Assembly: GCA_963723515.1 (NCBI GenBank)
Contig: CAVRQT010000003.1
Location: forward strand, 416,001-480,000
DNA: 64,000 nucleotides
Reading direction: 5' to 3'
Source of the DNA: Vulcanimicrobiota bacterium
GTDB taxonomy: Bacteria > Vulcanimicrobiota > Vulcanimicrobiia > Vulcanimicrobiales > Vulcanimicrobiaceae
In this document: positions 42,349 through 53,676 of the stretch, in pieces
Layout of the letters: the number at the start of each line of letters is the position of its first letter
Numbering within the stretch: position 1 is the first letter of the stretch
Translations under genes and position numbers: made by a program
Notes under the pieces: model-generated
Seen by the model: only the letters and a program-made list of their open reading frames with translations
Databases searched by the model: none
What the model was told of the DNA's origin: nothing

Positions 42349-42951
42349 ATGCACTCGACTACCCTTCGTCCCGCCTCGGAAGGCACGCGGGAACGCATGC
42401 TGACCGCCGCGCGCGAGATTTTTGCGCGAAAGGGCCCCCACGGTACGACGACTCGGGAAATCGCCGACCGCGCCGGCGTCAATGAAGCAACGCTCTTCCG
42501 ACACTTTGGTAACAAGCGCGCGCTGCTTGACGCCATGAAAGAGTTTTTCTGCCAAGGTCGCGAGGCGCGTCTGCAAACGCTCTATGCCGGACTTAGCGGC
42601 GATCTGGAAGACAATTTGCGCACGATCGGGCGCACGACCGTCGAGGCGATGCACCAAAATATCGATCTGATGCGCGTGGCGCTTTTGGAAGAAACGCTCG
42701 ATCCGGATGCCGCGCGCGTTCCCTGGCGTGCGCCGAACCTCTCGCGAGAGTACTTGACGCGTTTTCTTTCGGAGCACGTTGCGACCGGCGCATTGCACGG
42801 CAACCCAGAGATCTTGGCGCGCTTTTTCATGGGGATGTTCTTTGCCTATACGATGGGACTGCAGTTTTGGAAGAGAGCGCTTTTCGAGAGCGATGAGCAA
42901 GCCGTCACGACGTTCGTGCGGCTTTTTCTCGACGGCGCAAGAGGGTCATAG
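42349..42951 (+). CDS. TetR/AcrR family transcriptional regulator
   Basis: RERMLTAAREIFARKG..GTTTREIA.RAGVNEATLFRHFGNK. Confidence 0.93.
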   Translation: MHSTTLRPASEGTRERMLTAAREIFARKGPHGTTTREIADRAGVNEATLFRHFGNKRALLDAMKEFFCQGREARLQTLYAGLSGDLEDNLRTIGRTTVEAMHQNIDLMRVALLEETLDPDAARVPWRAPNLSREYLTRFLSEHVATGALHGNPEILARFFMGMFFAYTMGLQFWKRALFESDEQAVTTFVRLFLDGARGS

Positions 42952-44236
42952 TGGATTCACGTTCGGTTGAACAGCAGCCCGCCCGCACCAGCGGGGACGG
43001 CGGCGCGCAATCCGCGGCTGAAGCGCCCGAAAAAGCCCCCGAAAATCGAATCCAGCGCTGCGAAGGATCGGGATGCTGGTCGGCGCGATCATCGCGATCG
43101 CCATACTCCTCTGGGGTATTCGCTACTTTCTCTACGCACGAACGCACGAATCGACGGATGATGCGAAGGTCGATGCGTCAAGTGTCGCCGTGACGAGCAA
43201 AATCTCCGAGCGCGTCAACCAAATTTACGTGGATACCGATCAGCGCGTGCGCAAGGGACAGCTGCTGATCCAGCTTGACGACAGCGATGAACGTTCGAAA
43301 TACGATCAAGCGAAAGCCGCCGTCATTTCGCAGCGCGCACAAGCCGAAGCTGCGCAAGCCAACGTCACGTTGACGCAGCAAACGGTCGCTGCGCAATCGA
43401 TCGAGAGTATAGGCGGAATAACGCAAGCGCAATCGGGTCAAGCAGAAACGGGTGCAGCAGGCGCCGCCGTTAGCGAAGCTGAGGCGCAGGTGCCCGCTGC
43501 GCAAGAAGCATACGCCAAAGCAGAGGCGGATCTCGCGCGAACCCAGTCCTTGGTCGGCACCGGCGATTTGCCGCGCCAGCAGCTCGATGCGGCAAGGGCC
43601 GCCGCGGCCGCCGCCGCCTCGCAGTATCAAGCCACGCTCGCAAACGTATCGGCGGCTCGCGAGCGGTTGTCCGCTGCGCAGTCGCAGGCGACCGGGTCGC
43701 TGCAAACCGCGCACGGCAAGTATCAGGAAGCGTCCGCTCCGAGTCGCGTTGCGGCCTCCGAAGCCCAAGCGCACGCCGCATTTGCAACGGTCGCCAATGC
43801 GCAAGCGCAACTCCAGTTGGCGTCCGACCAATTGGCAAATACGCGCATCGTCGCGCCGGTCGACGGGTCGGTCGGTGAAAAGGACGTCGAGGTCGGTCAA
43901 ACGGTCGGTCAGGGCGTGACGCTCTTAACGATCATCCCGGCGCAGAACATCTACATCACGGCGAACTTTAAAGAGACGCAGATCGGCGACATGCGGGCGG
44001 GACAGCCGGTTGATATTTCTATCGACGCTTACAAGGGCGTTGCGTTCCACGGTCACGTCATCGCGATCAATCCGGCTTCGCAGAGCACGTATTCGCTGAT
44101 TCCGCCGCAAAACGCCAGCGGGAATTTCATTAAAGTGACGCAGCGTATCCCCGTAAAGATCTCCATCGACGATGCTCGGCCCGATATGCCGCTTCGCCCC
44201 GGCATGTCGGTCGAATCGTCGGTGAAGGTCAAGTAA
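42951..44236 (+). CDS. EmrA/HlyD family membrane fusion protein, frameshifted near 43050
   Basis: ESTDDA.V, ANFKETQ...MR.GQ.V.I.ID, SLIPPQNASGNFIKVTQRIPV, LRPGMS. Confidence 0.9.
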
Positions 44237-46221
44237 TGCGCGCGGCTTACCGCTATGCGCTCATTGCACTCGCTCTGCTGATTCCGGCTTTCGCAGGCAC
44301 GTCCGCCGTCGCGCAGCTGCCACCCCAGAGCGCGCCCTCCGCTCAGCCGTCGCCTCAGCCATCTGTGCAGCCGATTTTCCAGTTGCCCTCACCGCAACCA
44401 CAGGCGAGCGAACAGCCACAGTCGCGCGGCGCGCCGGCGCCGCAAGTGACTCCGCAATTTTTGCCGCAACCTAGCGCGGCGCCCCAAGGCGCGCCGCGCT
44501 TGCCCCCGCCGCCGCAACCCCAATATTTGCCGCGAGTTCCAAACGTTGCGCCGGGATATATCGCGCCGCCGGTTCGCGTTCCAAACGTTGAGCTCGTGGG
44601 CGTTGCCCAAGAACCGTTTGTGGGTCTGCGCTTGAGCGATGCGGTCGCAATGGCATTGACGCGCAACAACGATTTGGCCGTTGCGCAATCGAACCGGCGC
44701 ATCGCCGGCTATCAGATCGTCGCGGCGCGCGGCGCGTTCGACGTGCGGTTCATGGTGCAGCCAAGCTACACGTACTCCGCTCAGGCGCCGGAAAATGCGT
44801 TTTTCGCGGGCCCGAATTTCGGGCCGATCGTTCAACAGCAGTTCGGCGTGAGCACCGGCATCAATGGGATCACGCAGGGCGGGCAGCAGTATTCCGTCAC
44901 CGCTTCAGGCAGCCGCATCAACAACAACACGACGATCAACACGTTCAATCCGACCTATCCCACGGCACTCGGGTTCAACTTGACGCAGCCTCTCGCGCGC
45001 GGCGCCGTTGAAAATGAACCTCGCCGGGCCTTGCAGCTCGCCACCGCAAATGCGCGCGGCTCAACGGCACAGGCGCTGCTCAGCGCCTCAAACGTTATTG
45101 CGAACGTAGAAGACGCATATTGGGATTTGGTTGCGGCATGGCGCGATGTGGCGATTCAAGAGGAAGCATTGCGAGAAGCGCGCGCGCAAGCGCAAAGCAA
45201 CGCTCGGCTGGCGCGGGAAGGCGTTAGTGCGCCGATCGATCTGCTGCAATCGAACACGCAGGTCAACGTCTTTCAAGACAACGTCTTTTCGGCGTTGCAG
45301 AACGTTGCTCGCTTGCAGAATCAACTCAAGCAGCTGATTCTCTCGGACCCGAGTGACCAAATTTGGCTTGCGAACCTTGTGCCGATGTCGCCCGTATTGC
45401 AGCTCCCGCCGGAGCCGACGCTTGCCGACGTCGTTGCGCGCGCACTGGCCAATCGTCCGGAGATCGATCAATTACGCGCCGCCCGTGAGTCGGCCGACGT
45501 TAACCTTGCCTTCGCGCGCGAACAGTTAAAGCCGCAGTTCGACCTGCAGCTCGGCTATACGAGCAACGGTTTCGCCGGACAGGAGATTCCCGTCCAAAAT
45601 ATACCGTTTCTGGAAAGCCAAATTCAGCAAACGATCACGATCAACGAGCTGGTCGCGTTCGTCAACAAGCAACTGCCGCCCAACAAACAGATTCCGTTTA
45701 TTGTGCCGCAAAATCAAACGCCCCCGAGTTATCTCGTCGGCGGCTTGAGTCAGTCGCTGAACAATCTCGTCAACGCGCGTTTCCCAATGTACCAGGCGGG
45801 GGTTCAATACAGCATACCGTTCGGAAACAACACCGCCAAGGCGAATTACGCGATCGCGCAAGAGCAGATTCGCCAAACGCAGTTTAATGAGGCGGCGTTG
45901 ATCCAGCGCATTGCGGCCGAGTCGCGCAATGCGCTGCAAGCGTATCGCTCGGCGCGCTACCGTCTCATCGCCGCTCGCTCCGCGCGCCAAGCGTCCGAGA
46001 AGGTTCTTGCCAGCGAGATGCGCCGCTTTCGCGCCGGTGTTTCGACGACGTATTTCGTCCTGCAGCGGCAGCTCGATCTCGCGAATAACCGCGGCCGCGA
46101 GCTCCAGGCGCAGACCGACTTAAATAAGGCGGTCGTCGAGCTTCAGCGGGTTACCGGCTCGATCTTACGAGACAACAACATCGACGCGACGACGATCGGC
46201 GCTGCGCCATATAACCGCTAA
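44236..46221 (+). CDS. TolC family outer-membrane efflux protein with Pro/Gln-rich N-terminus
   Basis: Signal peptide; L.L.DAV..AL..N, TQPL, V..AYWDLV, AL.NRPE, RF..G.ST...VL..Q. Confidence 0.88.
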   Translation: MRAAYRYALIALALLIPAFAGTSAVAQLPPQSAPSAQPSPQPSVQPIFQLPSPQPQASEQPQSRGAPAPQVTPQFLPQPSAAPQGAPRLPPPPQPQYLPRVPNVAPGYIAPPVRVPNVELVGVAQEPFVGLRLSDAVAMALTRNNDLAVAQSNRRIAGYQIVAARGAFDVRFMVQPSYTYSAQAPENAFFAGPNFGPIVQQQFGVSTGINGITQGGQQYSVTASGSRINNNTTINTFNPTYPTALGFNLTQPLARGAVENEPRRALQLATANARGSTAQALLSASNVIANVEDAYWDLVAAWRDVAIQEEALREARAQAQSNARLAREGVSAPIDLLQSNTQVNVFQDNVFSALQNVARLQNQLKQLILSDPSDQIWLANLVPMSPVLQLPPEPTLADVVARALANRPEIDQLRAARESADVNLAFAREQLKPQFDLQLGYTSNGFAGQEIPVQNIPFLESQIQQTITINELVAFVNKQLPPNKQIPFIVPQNQTPPSYLVGGLSQSLNNLVNARFPMYQAGVQYSIPFGNNTAKANYAIAQEQIRQTQFNEAALIQRIAAESRNALQAYRSARYRLIAARSARQASEKVLASEMRRFRAGVSTTYFVLQRQLDLANNRGRELQAQTDLNKAVVELQRVTGSILRDNNIDATTIGAAPYNR

Positions 46222-46222
46222 C

Positions 46223-46585
46223 GTCAGTTCTTTTTCGCGTATCCTCTGCCCGGAGAAGTGGAGCGACACGTAACGCTCATCTCCGATCACGCGGCTATCG
46301 TGACCCGGCGGGATGTGGAAGACGTCGCCCTCACGCATTTCGATGACGTGCCGTCGTCGAATTCGGCGGTCGCGGCACCGGAGACACCATCCCATGATGT
46401 TCCGTTTGGCATCGCGATTGACCAAGAGCCTTGCCGATGTCACGCGACCAAACCCACCCCGGTTCGTAAATGGCCATGCCAACGGTCATCTCGCCGAGCG
46501 TCAGACCATAGAAGTGGCCGTTCGGAAAGGTGCGCGTTGAATCGGGGCTGTCAAAACGTTTTAAGGTCATCTTCGATTTCGTCAT
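46223..46585 (-). CDS. Cupin domain protein, frameshifted
   Basis: KRFDSPD..R.F..G, YEPGW.WS, C..EH.G, then in another frame GDVFHIPPGHDS.VIGDE.YVSLHF. Confidence 0.75.
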
Positions 46586-47334
46586 GCTCTCCTTGATTTA
46601 GGATATGCGCGGTATCCAGTAGCGCCGCAGCGGCACGGTCGACCAGCCACGTTACTGTCCCATCGACGGGCTTCACAATCTGAACCGGATATTTCTGCGG
46701 ATCGTACGGTCCCTGTAAGGCCGCCGCCAGCGCAGTCGCCTTCTGCGTTCCCTCCGTTGCAATGACGACATGCCGGGCGCTATTGATGACGCGCGGCGTC
46801 ATCGTGAGCCGATACTTTTGAAATTTCGGAACGAACGGCGCTCTGACGAGCATCGCGTCGTCTTCGATCGGTGAGGTTCCGGGAAAGAGCGATGCGGTGT
46901 GTCCGTCCGGACCCATGCCCAGCAAGATCACGTCAAAGCGCGGCGGCTCGCCCATGTCGGCGACCAGAACTTTCGCATATGCCGCTGCGGCAGCGCGCGG
47001 CTCATCCTCGCCGTGCATGCGGTGAACGTTGCCAAGCGGTATGTCGATGCGTGAAAGGAACGCTTGGTTCGCCATTCTGTAATTCGATTGCGGATCGTCC
47101 GGCGGCACGCACCGCTCATCGCTGAAATAGATGAAGACGTCTTTCCAAAAGATCGACGCTGCTGCGCGGCTCTTCTGCGAGCAGCGTGTATGCGGCTTTC
47201 GGCGTTGTTCCACCGGAGAGCGCAACGCGAAATCGGCCGCTTTCCGCAATCGCGACGCGCGCCGAATCGATAAAGAGATCCGCTAGCGCTTGGGCAACTT
47301 GTGCCGGGCTCTCGAAAATCTGCAAGTCGGGCAA
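46551..47334 (-). CDS. pgl: 6-phosphogluconolactonase, frameshifted near 47160
   Basis: VALSGGTTP, DERCVPPDD..SNY, LLGMGPDGHTASLFP, RLTMT. Confidence 0.9.
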
Positions 47335-47335
47335 T

Positions 47336-48343
47336 TTACGCGGGCGGTCCCCCGTTATCGAACTGCAGCAGATCGCAGAGCACCTGCAGCGCGCTCTCAA
47401 AGACCTCATCTTTGGAGTTGAAGAGAAAGGCCTTCTCCATGAGCGTCAGGTTGTCGATATCATGCAGCGGCATGCAGCGTTTTCGTTTTTGATCGCTGAC
47501 GCTTAAGCAGACCGTATCTTGCGATTCCGAGAGATCGGCGGCAAAGGTTCGCTCCGGCGTCGAAAGCGCGACACGAACGACGCGGCGCAATCCGCCTTTG
47601 CGCTCCATGTTCACGGCAATCCGTTTGCCGGCGCGGTCGCGCAAGGCGAACCGTTCGGACGGCTTCCATTGCAGCCGGCTCGCAAGCCAGCCGACGATGT
47701 AGAAGGCTTCAGCAGAAGATCCGGAGGCGATCTCGAGCGATTCGATTTGCGTGAGGTCCTCGAGAAACTGCGGGTCGTCAAAGAATTGCGCGACCATATC
47801 TTGCCATGGAAGCAGCCGCATGTATGCGAGGTCGCGCAGGAGAATCGCGTGCGAGCGTTGTGAGAAGTTCGCTAATTCACAGACGGCCGTCGGTGCGCCG
47901 TCCACGCCCGATGAATCGACGATCAGCACATCCATCAGCGGCAGCATCTGGTCGAAGAGCTCGTGTTCGTTCAGACTGCGGCTCGTCCACCAGAGAACGT
48001 CCGGAATGTCGCTGATCCGCAACGCGTTGACGCTCGAGGAGATCGTCTGTGCCGAGAGGCCGCCGACGCCGAGCTCGATTCGTTCGGCGTTGATCGTTGC
48101 GCCTTCGGCGACGCGCTCGCAGCTCTCGACATTTGCCGACGTCTCGCGCGTCGCATCGAGAATCATGACGCGCGCGGGATACTTTTCGCAAAAGTCTTCG
48201 GCCCGGCGCAACGCTCGTTGGTGTTGCGAACGATCGTCGATATAAACGACGAGATTCATCGTCGTCGCCGTTGTCGCGCCTTGGCGGCTGCGGCTTTCCT
48301 TCAGGCGCTGTTCGATTCCGGCGACGTCGATCGTCGTGCTCAA
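47336..48343 (-). CDS. opcA: Glucose-6-phosphate dehydrogenase assembly protein
   Basis: TMNLVV, P.RV.I, D.P.VLWW, LIVDS, DLAY.RL.PW, GWLASRL.W; lies between zwf and pgl. Confidence 0.85.
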   Translation of the reverse strand: MSTTIDVAGIEQRLKESRSRQGATTATTMNLVVYIDDRSQHQRALRRAEDFCEKYPARVMILDATRETSANVESCERVAEGATINAERIELGVGGLSAQTISSSVNALRISDIPDVLWWTSRSLNEHELFDQMLPLMDVLIVDSSGVDGAPTAVCELANFSQRSHAILLRDLAYMRLLPWQDMVAQFFDDPQFLEDLTQIESLEIASGSSAEAFYIVGWLASRLQWKPSERFALRDRAGKRIAVNMERKGGLRRVVRVALSTPERTFAADLSESQDTVCLSVSDQKRKRCMPLHDIDNLTLMEKAFLFNSKDEVFESALQVLCDLLQFDNGGPPA

Positions 48344-49915
48344 ATTCGTCTCCACGCATGGCCGTCGGCTTGGAGCAGTCGATCTGCCGCGCTTGGGCCT
48401 TGCGATCCGGCGGCATAGTTGGGAAACGACGGATCCTTCGTGCTCTGCCACACGTCCAAAATTGGCATCACGATTTCCCACGCCCGCTGCACCGCGTCCC
48501 AGCGCGTGAACAAGGTCGCATCGCCGCGAATTGCGTCGCCGATCAGCCGCTCGTACGCGGGCGCCGACTCGATCCCGAAGCCGGTTCCGTAATTGAAATC
48601 CATGTTGACGCCGCGGATGTGATTCTTCGGCCCTGGCACTTTGGCGTTAAAGCGCAGCGTGACGCCTTCGTCCGGCTGAATCTTCATGACGAGGACATTC
48701 GATTCAATCTCATCGCTGCGCTCGCCGAAGAGTCGTTGCGGGATCGAGCAGAAACGCACTGCGATCTCCGAAACCTTGCGTGCTAAGCGTTTTCCGCTGC
48801 GTAAATAAAACGGAATCCCTGCCCACCGCCAATTGTCTACGTATAATTTGACGGCGGCGTACGTCTCGGTGTTCGAATCGGGCGCGACGTCTTTTTCCTC
48901 ACGGTAACCGATCGCCGCTTGGCCGTCGATGACGCCGGAGCCGTATTGACCGCGCGCGCTGCGCTGCGACGACATCTTCCGTTCCGAACGCATGAACCGC
49001 GGAAAGCACCTTGTATTTCTCATTGCGAATGGCATCCGCGTCCGAGCCGGCCGGCGGTTCCATCGCAACGAGCGCGAGCAAGTTGATGACATGATTTTGA
49101 ATCATGTCGCGGAGCGCGCCGGCGTGATCGTAGTACCCGCCGCGCTGCTCGACGCCGAGCGTCTCCGCCGCCGTGATCTGCACGCCGTCGATATAGCGGC
49201 GATTCCAGATTGGTTCGAAGATCATGTTGGCAAAGCGCAGCGCCATGATGTCTTGCACCGGCTCTTTGCCCAAGTAGTGGTCGATCCGATACACTTGGCT
49301 CTCGTCGAACACTTTTTCGACTTCGGCTTGCAAGCTGCGCGCGGAATTGAGGTCGGTTCCGAAGGGCTTCTCGACGATGATCCGCGTCCAGCCCTTCGTG
49401 TTCGAACGTGGGTCGAGGGCGGCGGATTTGATCTGCGAGATGATCGTCGGAAAAACTTGGGGCGGTGTCGAGAGATAGAAGAGGACGTTGCCTTTGGTAC
49501 CAAACTGAGAATCGTTTTCCGCGAACTTCTTTTTGAGCTGGTTGTAGTCCGACGTATCGGTGAACTCGCCCGTGATATACGAGATGTGCTCGGCGAAATC
49601 GCTCCAGAGCGGGTCCTTCGCTGGGCCGGAGCGTGAGAACTGATCGACGCTCTGCTTGCAGTAGTCGCGAAACTGCCCATCGGAAAACTTTGTGCGCGAG
49701 TAGCCGACGATCGCAAATGCGCTCGGCAAGATGTCGTTCAGACGCAGATTGTAGAGCGCCGGCAGCAGCATCCGTTTGAAGAGGTCGCCGCTCGCGCCGA
49801 AAAAGACGAGCGTGCATGGATCGGTGATGCGATCGCTTTCGAGCCCAGCCCGGAGAGGATTGACGGTTTGACCGTCGGCTGCCGCCTTGCTTGATGCGGC
49901 AGCAGTTTCAGCCAT
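48340..49915 (-). CDS. zwf: Glucose-6-phosphate dehydrogenase, frameshifted near 48960-48995
   Basis: FGASGDL, EKPFG, YRIDHYLGKE, RDMIQNH, RWAGIPFYLRSGK, AYERL. Confidence 0.95.
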
Positions 49916-50816
49916 GCGTCTCTTCCGGCTTTACCGCGTGGCCGCCGAACTGTTGGCGCAACGCTGCAACAACTTTCGCGCTGAACGATTCGTCTTGCCG
50001 CGATACAAAGCGCGATAGCAACGAAAGGGTAATGACGGGCGCCGGCACGCTTTCGTCAATCGCGGCTTGTACCGTCCACCGTCCTTCGCCGGTGTCATCG
50101 ACATAGCCGCGGATGTTCTTCAGGCCCGGATCTTCTTTGAAGGCGCGCACGGCGAGTTCGAGCAGCCACGAGCGAACGACGCTTGCATGCGTCCAGAGTT
50201 CGGCCAACTGGCCCAGGTCGAATTTGAACGGCGAGCGCTCGAGGATTTCAAAACCTTCGCCATACGCGGCGAGCAAGCCGTATTCGATTCCGTTATGCAC
50301 CATCTTCGAAAAGTGTCCGGCGCCCGGAGGACCGACGTGCGCGTAGCCGCCGGGCGGCGCGAGCGTCAAGAAGATCGGCTCGCAGGTTTTGACCGCTTGA
50401 TCGTCGCCGCCGACCATCAAGCAGTAGCCGTTTTCAAGTCCCCAAATTCCACCGCTCGTTCCGGCGTCAACAAGCGACACATTCCTTGCCCGCGCACGCT
50501 GCGCGGCGGCAAGTCCCTCGGTCCACTTCGTGTTGCCGCCGTCAATCAAGATGTCGCCGGCAGAGAGCAGCTCGAGCAGTGCATCGATCGTCTCATCCGT
50601 CGGCGCCCCCGCGGGCACCATCAGCCAAACGATGCGCGGCGGCGAGAGTTTGCTCACGAGCTCTTTGAGGGAGCCGGCTCCCGTCGCGCCCCCTGACGCG
50701 ACGCTTTTAACGGCCTCCGCGCTGCGGTCGTATGCGACAATTTCATGGCCGCCGCGAATCAGCCGCGTCGTCATATTCGCGCCCATTTTGCCGAGGCCAA
50801 CCATTCCGAGTTTCAT
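49908..50816 (-). CDS. gnd: 6-phosphogluconate dehydrogenase (short, decarboxylating type)
   Basis: GMVGLGKMG, IDGGN, DAGTSGG.WG, GAGHF.KMVHNGIEYG, DTGEGRW, LRQQFGGH. Confidence 0.95.
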   Translation of the reverse strand: MKLGMVGLGKMGANMTTRLIRGGHEIVAYDRSAEAVKSVASGGATGAGSLKELVSKLSPPRIVWLMVPAGAPTDETIDALLELLSAGDILIDGGNTKWTEGLAAAQRARARNVSLVDAGTSGGIWGLENGYCLMVGGDDQAVKTCEPIFLTLAPPGGYAHVGPPGAGHFSKMVHNGIEYGLLAAYGEGFEILERSPFKFDLGQLAELWTHASVVRSWLLELAVRAFKEDPGLKNIRGYVDDTGEGRWTVQAAIDESVPAPVITLSLLSRFVSRQDESFSAKVVAALRQQFGGHAVKPEETHG

Positions 50817-50834
50817 TTAGAAGGCGCTCAGTCT

Positions 50835-53667
50835 CTAAGCCATCAAGGCGTCGTTGATGTGGTTTGCGAGCGCCTGCAGGCCGGCTTCGATATCACCTTT
50901 GAGGTGAATGCGCATTCCGCGCCGCTGACGTTTGTCGAGCGATTGAAAATCACCCAGCGCCTGCGCCGTCTCGAGCGTTCGAAAACCCGTCATGCCGGGA
51001 ATTTGCAGATCGAACGGCGCGTCGGCCGTGATCTGCAAGAAGACGCCGGTGCCGGGGCCGCCTTTATGCAGTTGTCCCGTCGAGTGCAGAAAGCGTGGCC
51101 CAAATCCGACGGTCGTCGCGACGCGATGTGCGTCTCGAATCTTGACGCGCATATCGCGCAGGATGGCGATGTGGGCGTCGTTGCGCGCGATGTATGCCGT
51201 GAACGCGAAGTAATCGTGCGACTGAATCTGCGCGAAGACGTCGGCCATCGCGCGGTTGACGTCGTTTGCGGCGATCGATTTGCTGCCCGAGAGATACGTG
51301 ACGTCGAGCGCGTCGTTCGAAACATTGACGGCCGGCTCGCTGAACCTGCCTTTTTGATCTTTCTCCTCGAGCAGCGCCTTTGTATTGTCTTTTGATTCTT
51401 GCACGTTGGGCTGATCGAACGCGTTGATGCCGATGATCGAGCCGGCAACCGCCGTTGCGATTTCCCACAGATAGAACTGCTCGCCGAGATCGTAGCGGTC
51501 GTTCATCGCCAGCCGAATGACGGGGTGACCGGCTTCCTCCAGCGTTGCGAGCGCCGATTCGGTTGCCGGATCTGCCTCCGGCAAACCGCTGCCGACGTAG
51601 ACGAAGACGCGATCGTCTCCGTAAGATGACGGCGCGCCAAGCGGCTCCCCTTCGATCGGAACGATGCCTTTGCCGAGTTTGCCGGTTGACTCCGCGATCA
51701 ACTGCTCCGCCCATGCGCCGAACGCCTCGACGTGCGGATGCGTCACGATCGTCAGTTTATCGCGACCGCGGTTGGCCAATGCACCGATCGCGGCACCGAA
51801 GCGAACGCCGGGCGCATCCTTCGCTGCGATCGTCTTCTCGTTTGCGTGCATCGCGCCGAGCCCCCGATCCAACAACAAGTTGATGTCGTAGCCGGCAAGC
51901 GCCGCCGGCACCACTCCGAAGTACGAGAGGGCCGAATACCGGCCGCCGATGTTCGGATCGTTGACGAAAACGGAGCAAAACTTATTTGCTTTCGCTTCGG
52001 CTTCAAGTTTTGTTCCCGGATCCGTAATGGCGATGAAGTGGCTGCCGGCCTTCGATGAGCCTGCCGCACGACTGATCTTCTCATGAAAGTAGCGGTAGAA
52101 CGCATCAGGCTCCGTCGTCGTGCCGCTCTTGCTCGCGACGATGAACAGCGTCTCCATTAAATCGATGTGCTTCTCTAATTCTGCGATTTGCACCGGATCG
52201 GTCGAATCAAGAACGTGTAAACGTGGAAAACGATCGATCTTTCCGAAGGTCGCGCGCAAGATATCCGGTGCGAGCGAGCTGCCACCCATGCCGAGGACGA
52301 CGACGTGCGAGAACTTCTGCGCAACCTCTTGCGCGAAGGCTTGCACGTTCGGAACGTTTTCCAGGATATGTTGCGGAATGTCGAGCCAGCCGAGCGCGGT
52401 CTTGATGATGTCGGCCGCTTGCGGGTCAGTTCGTCCAGAGCGTCGTGTCCTTGGCCCAAATCCGCTTTAAGAAGTCTTCTTTTCCGAGCTGGTCCAGCGT
52501 TTGCTCGTAGGCGCCCGTCGCATCGCCCAGTTGCAGTGCGACTCGTTGCAAGCCGCCCGAGAGCTGTTTTTGTTTGTAGACGATCGCGCCAAGCAGCGCC
52601 GCAAACGAATCTGCAAAGGCGGCGACGCCCTCGCGCACGAGCTTGCTCGTCACTTCGTAAAGCGAGATGCTGGCGTCGCGCAGCGACTGCATGACCGCGC
52701 GCGCACCGTCGAGATCTTCGAGGATGGCGTCAGAGCGAATATTGCCATGGTCGAGCAGCGCGTCATAGGTTCCCGGCGGCATCGTATTGACGGTGTTTCG
52801 GGCGACGATGTTCTCGACGTACATGAGATCGGGGTACGTCGGATTCTTCGTTGAGGTGCTTGCCCAAAGCGGGCGCTGGACTTTCGCGCCGGCCGCGCGC
52901 AGCTCCGCAAATGCGGGCCCTTCGAAGAGCGAGAGGTAGCTTTGGTAGGCGAGTTTCAGATTCGCGATGCCGGTTTTCCCGTGCAGATCCGCGAGCTGCT
53001 TTTCGCCCTTGGCAATTCGTTCGTCGATCAGTTTATCGACCGCCGTGTCGATGCGGCTCACGAAAAAACTGTTGACCGAGTGAATGTTGTCGACCGGCTG
53101 TCCCGCTTTCAGACGGCGTTGCAGCCCGTTGATGTAGGCGCGCGCCGTCTTCTCGTACATGTCGACGGAGAAGATCAGCGTGACGTTGATGTTGAGCCCT
53201 TCGGCGATGCATTCTTCGATTGCCGGTACGCCTTCCGCGGTTCCCGGAATCTTCACCATCAAATTCGGCCGGTTGACGCGCTTCCAAATCTCTTTGGCGG
53301 CGGCGATCGTCCCCGCGGTGTCGTGCGCCAGCAGCGGCGAGACTTCTAAACTGACGAAGCCGTCATTTCCATCCAGAGAGTCGTACACCGGACGGAAGAG
53401 GTCGCACGCGGTCTCGATGTCCTTGACGGCGAGCTCCCAAAAGAGCGTTTGCGCATCGTGCTCGCGGCCGATCAGAGAGCGCAGTTGCTCGTCGTAGTCG
53501 TTGCCGGTCCCAATCGCTTTCTCGAAGATCGTCGGATTGGAAGTCATGCCGCGCAAGCCTTGATCGATCATCCGCTGCAGCTCACCTGAAGCAAACATGC
53601 TGCGGCGCAAGTTGTCGATCCAAACGCTCTGTCCGGCGTCGGCGAGTTGTTGCAGGTGTTGTTCCAT
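50835..53667 (-). CDS. tal-pgi: Bifunctional transaldolase / glucose-6-phosphate isomerase, frameshifted near 52430
   Basis: Tal half: G.TSNPTIF, MVKIPGT, FVSRID, LWASTSTK. Pgi half: GMGGSSL, SKSG.T.E, GGRYSALS, EQLIAESTGK, PR.LHSTGQ.HKGG. The linker continues across the shift as RLGWLD-like sequence. Confidence 0.9.
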
Positions 53668-53676
53668 GAGTCTCCC

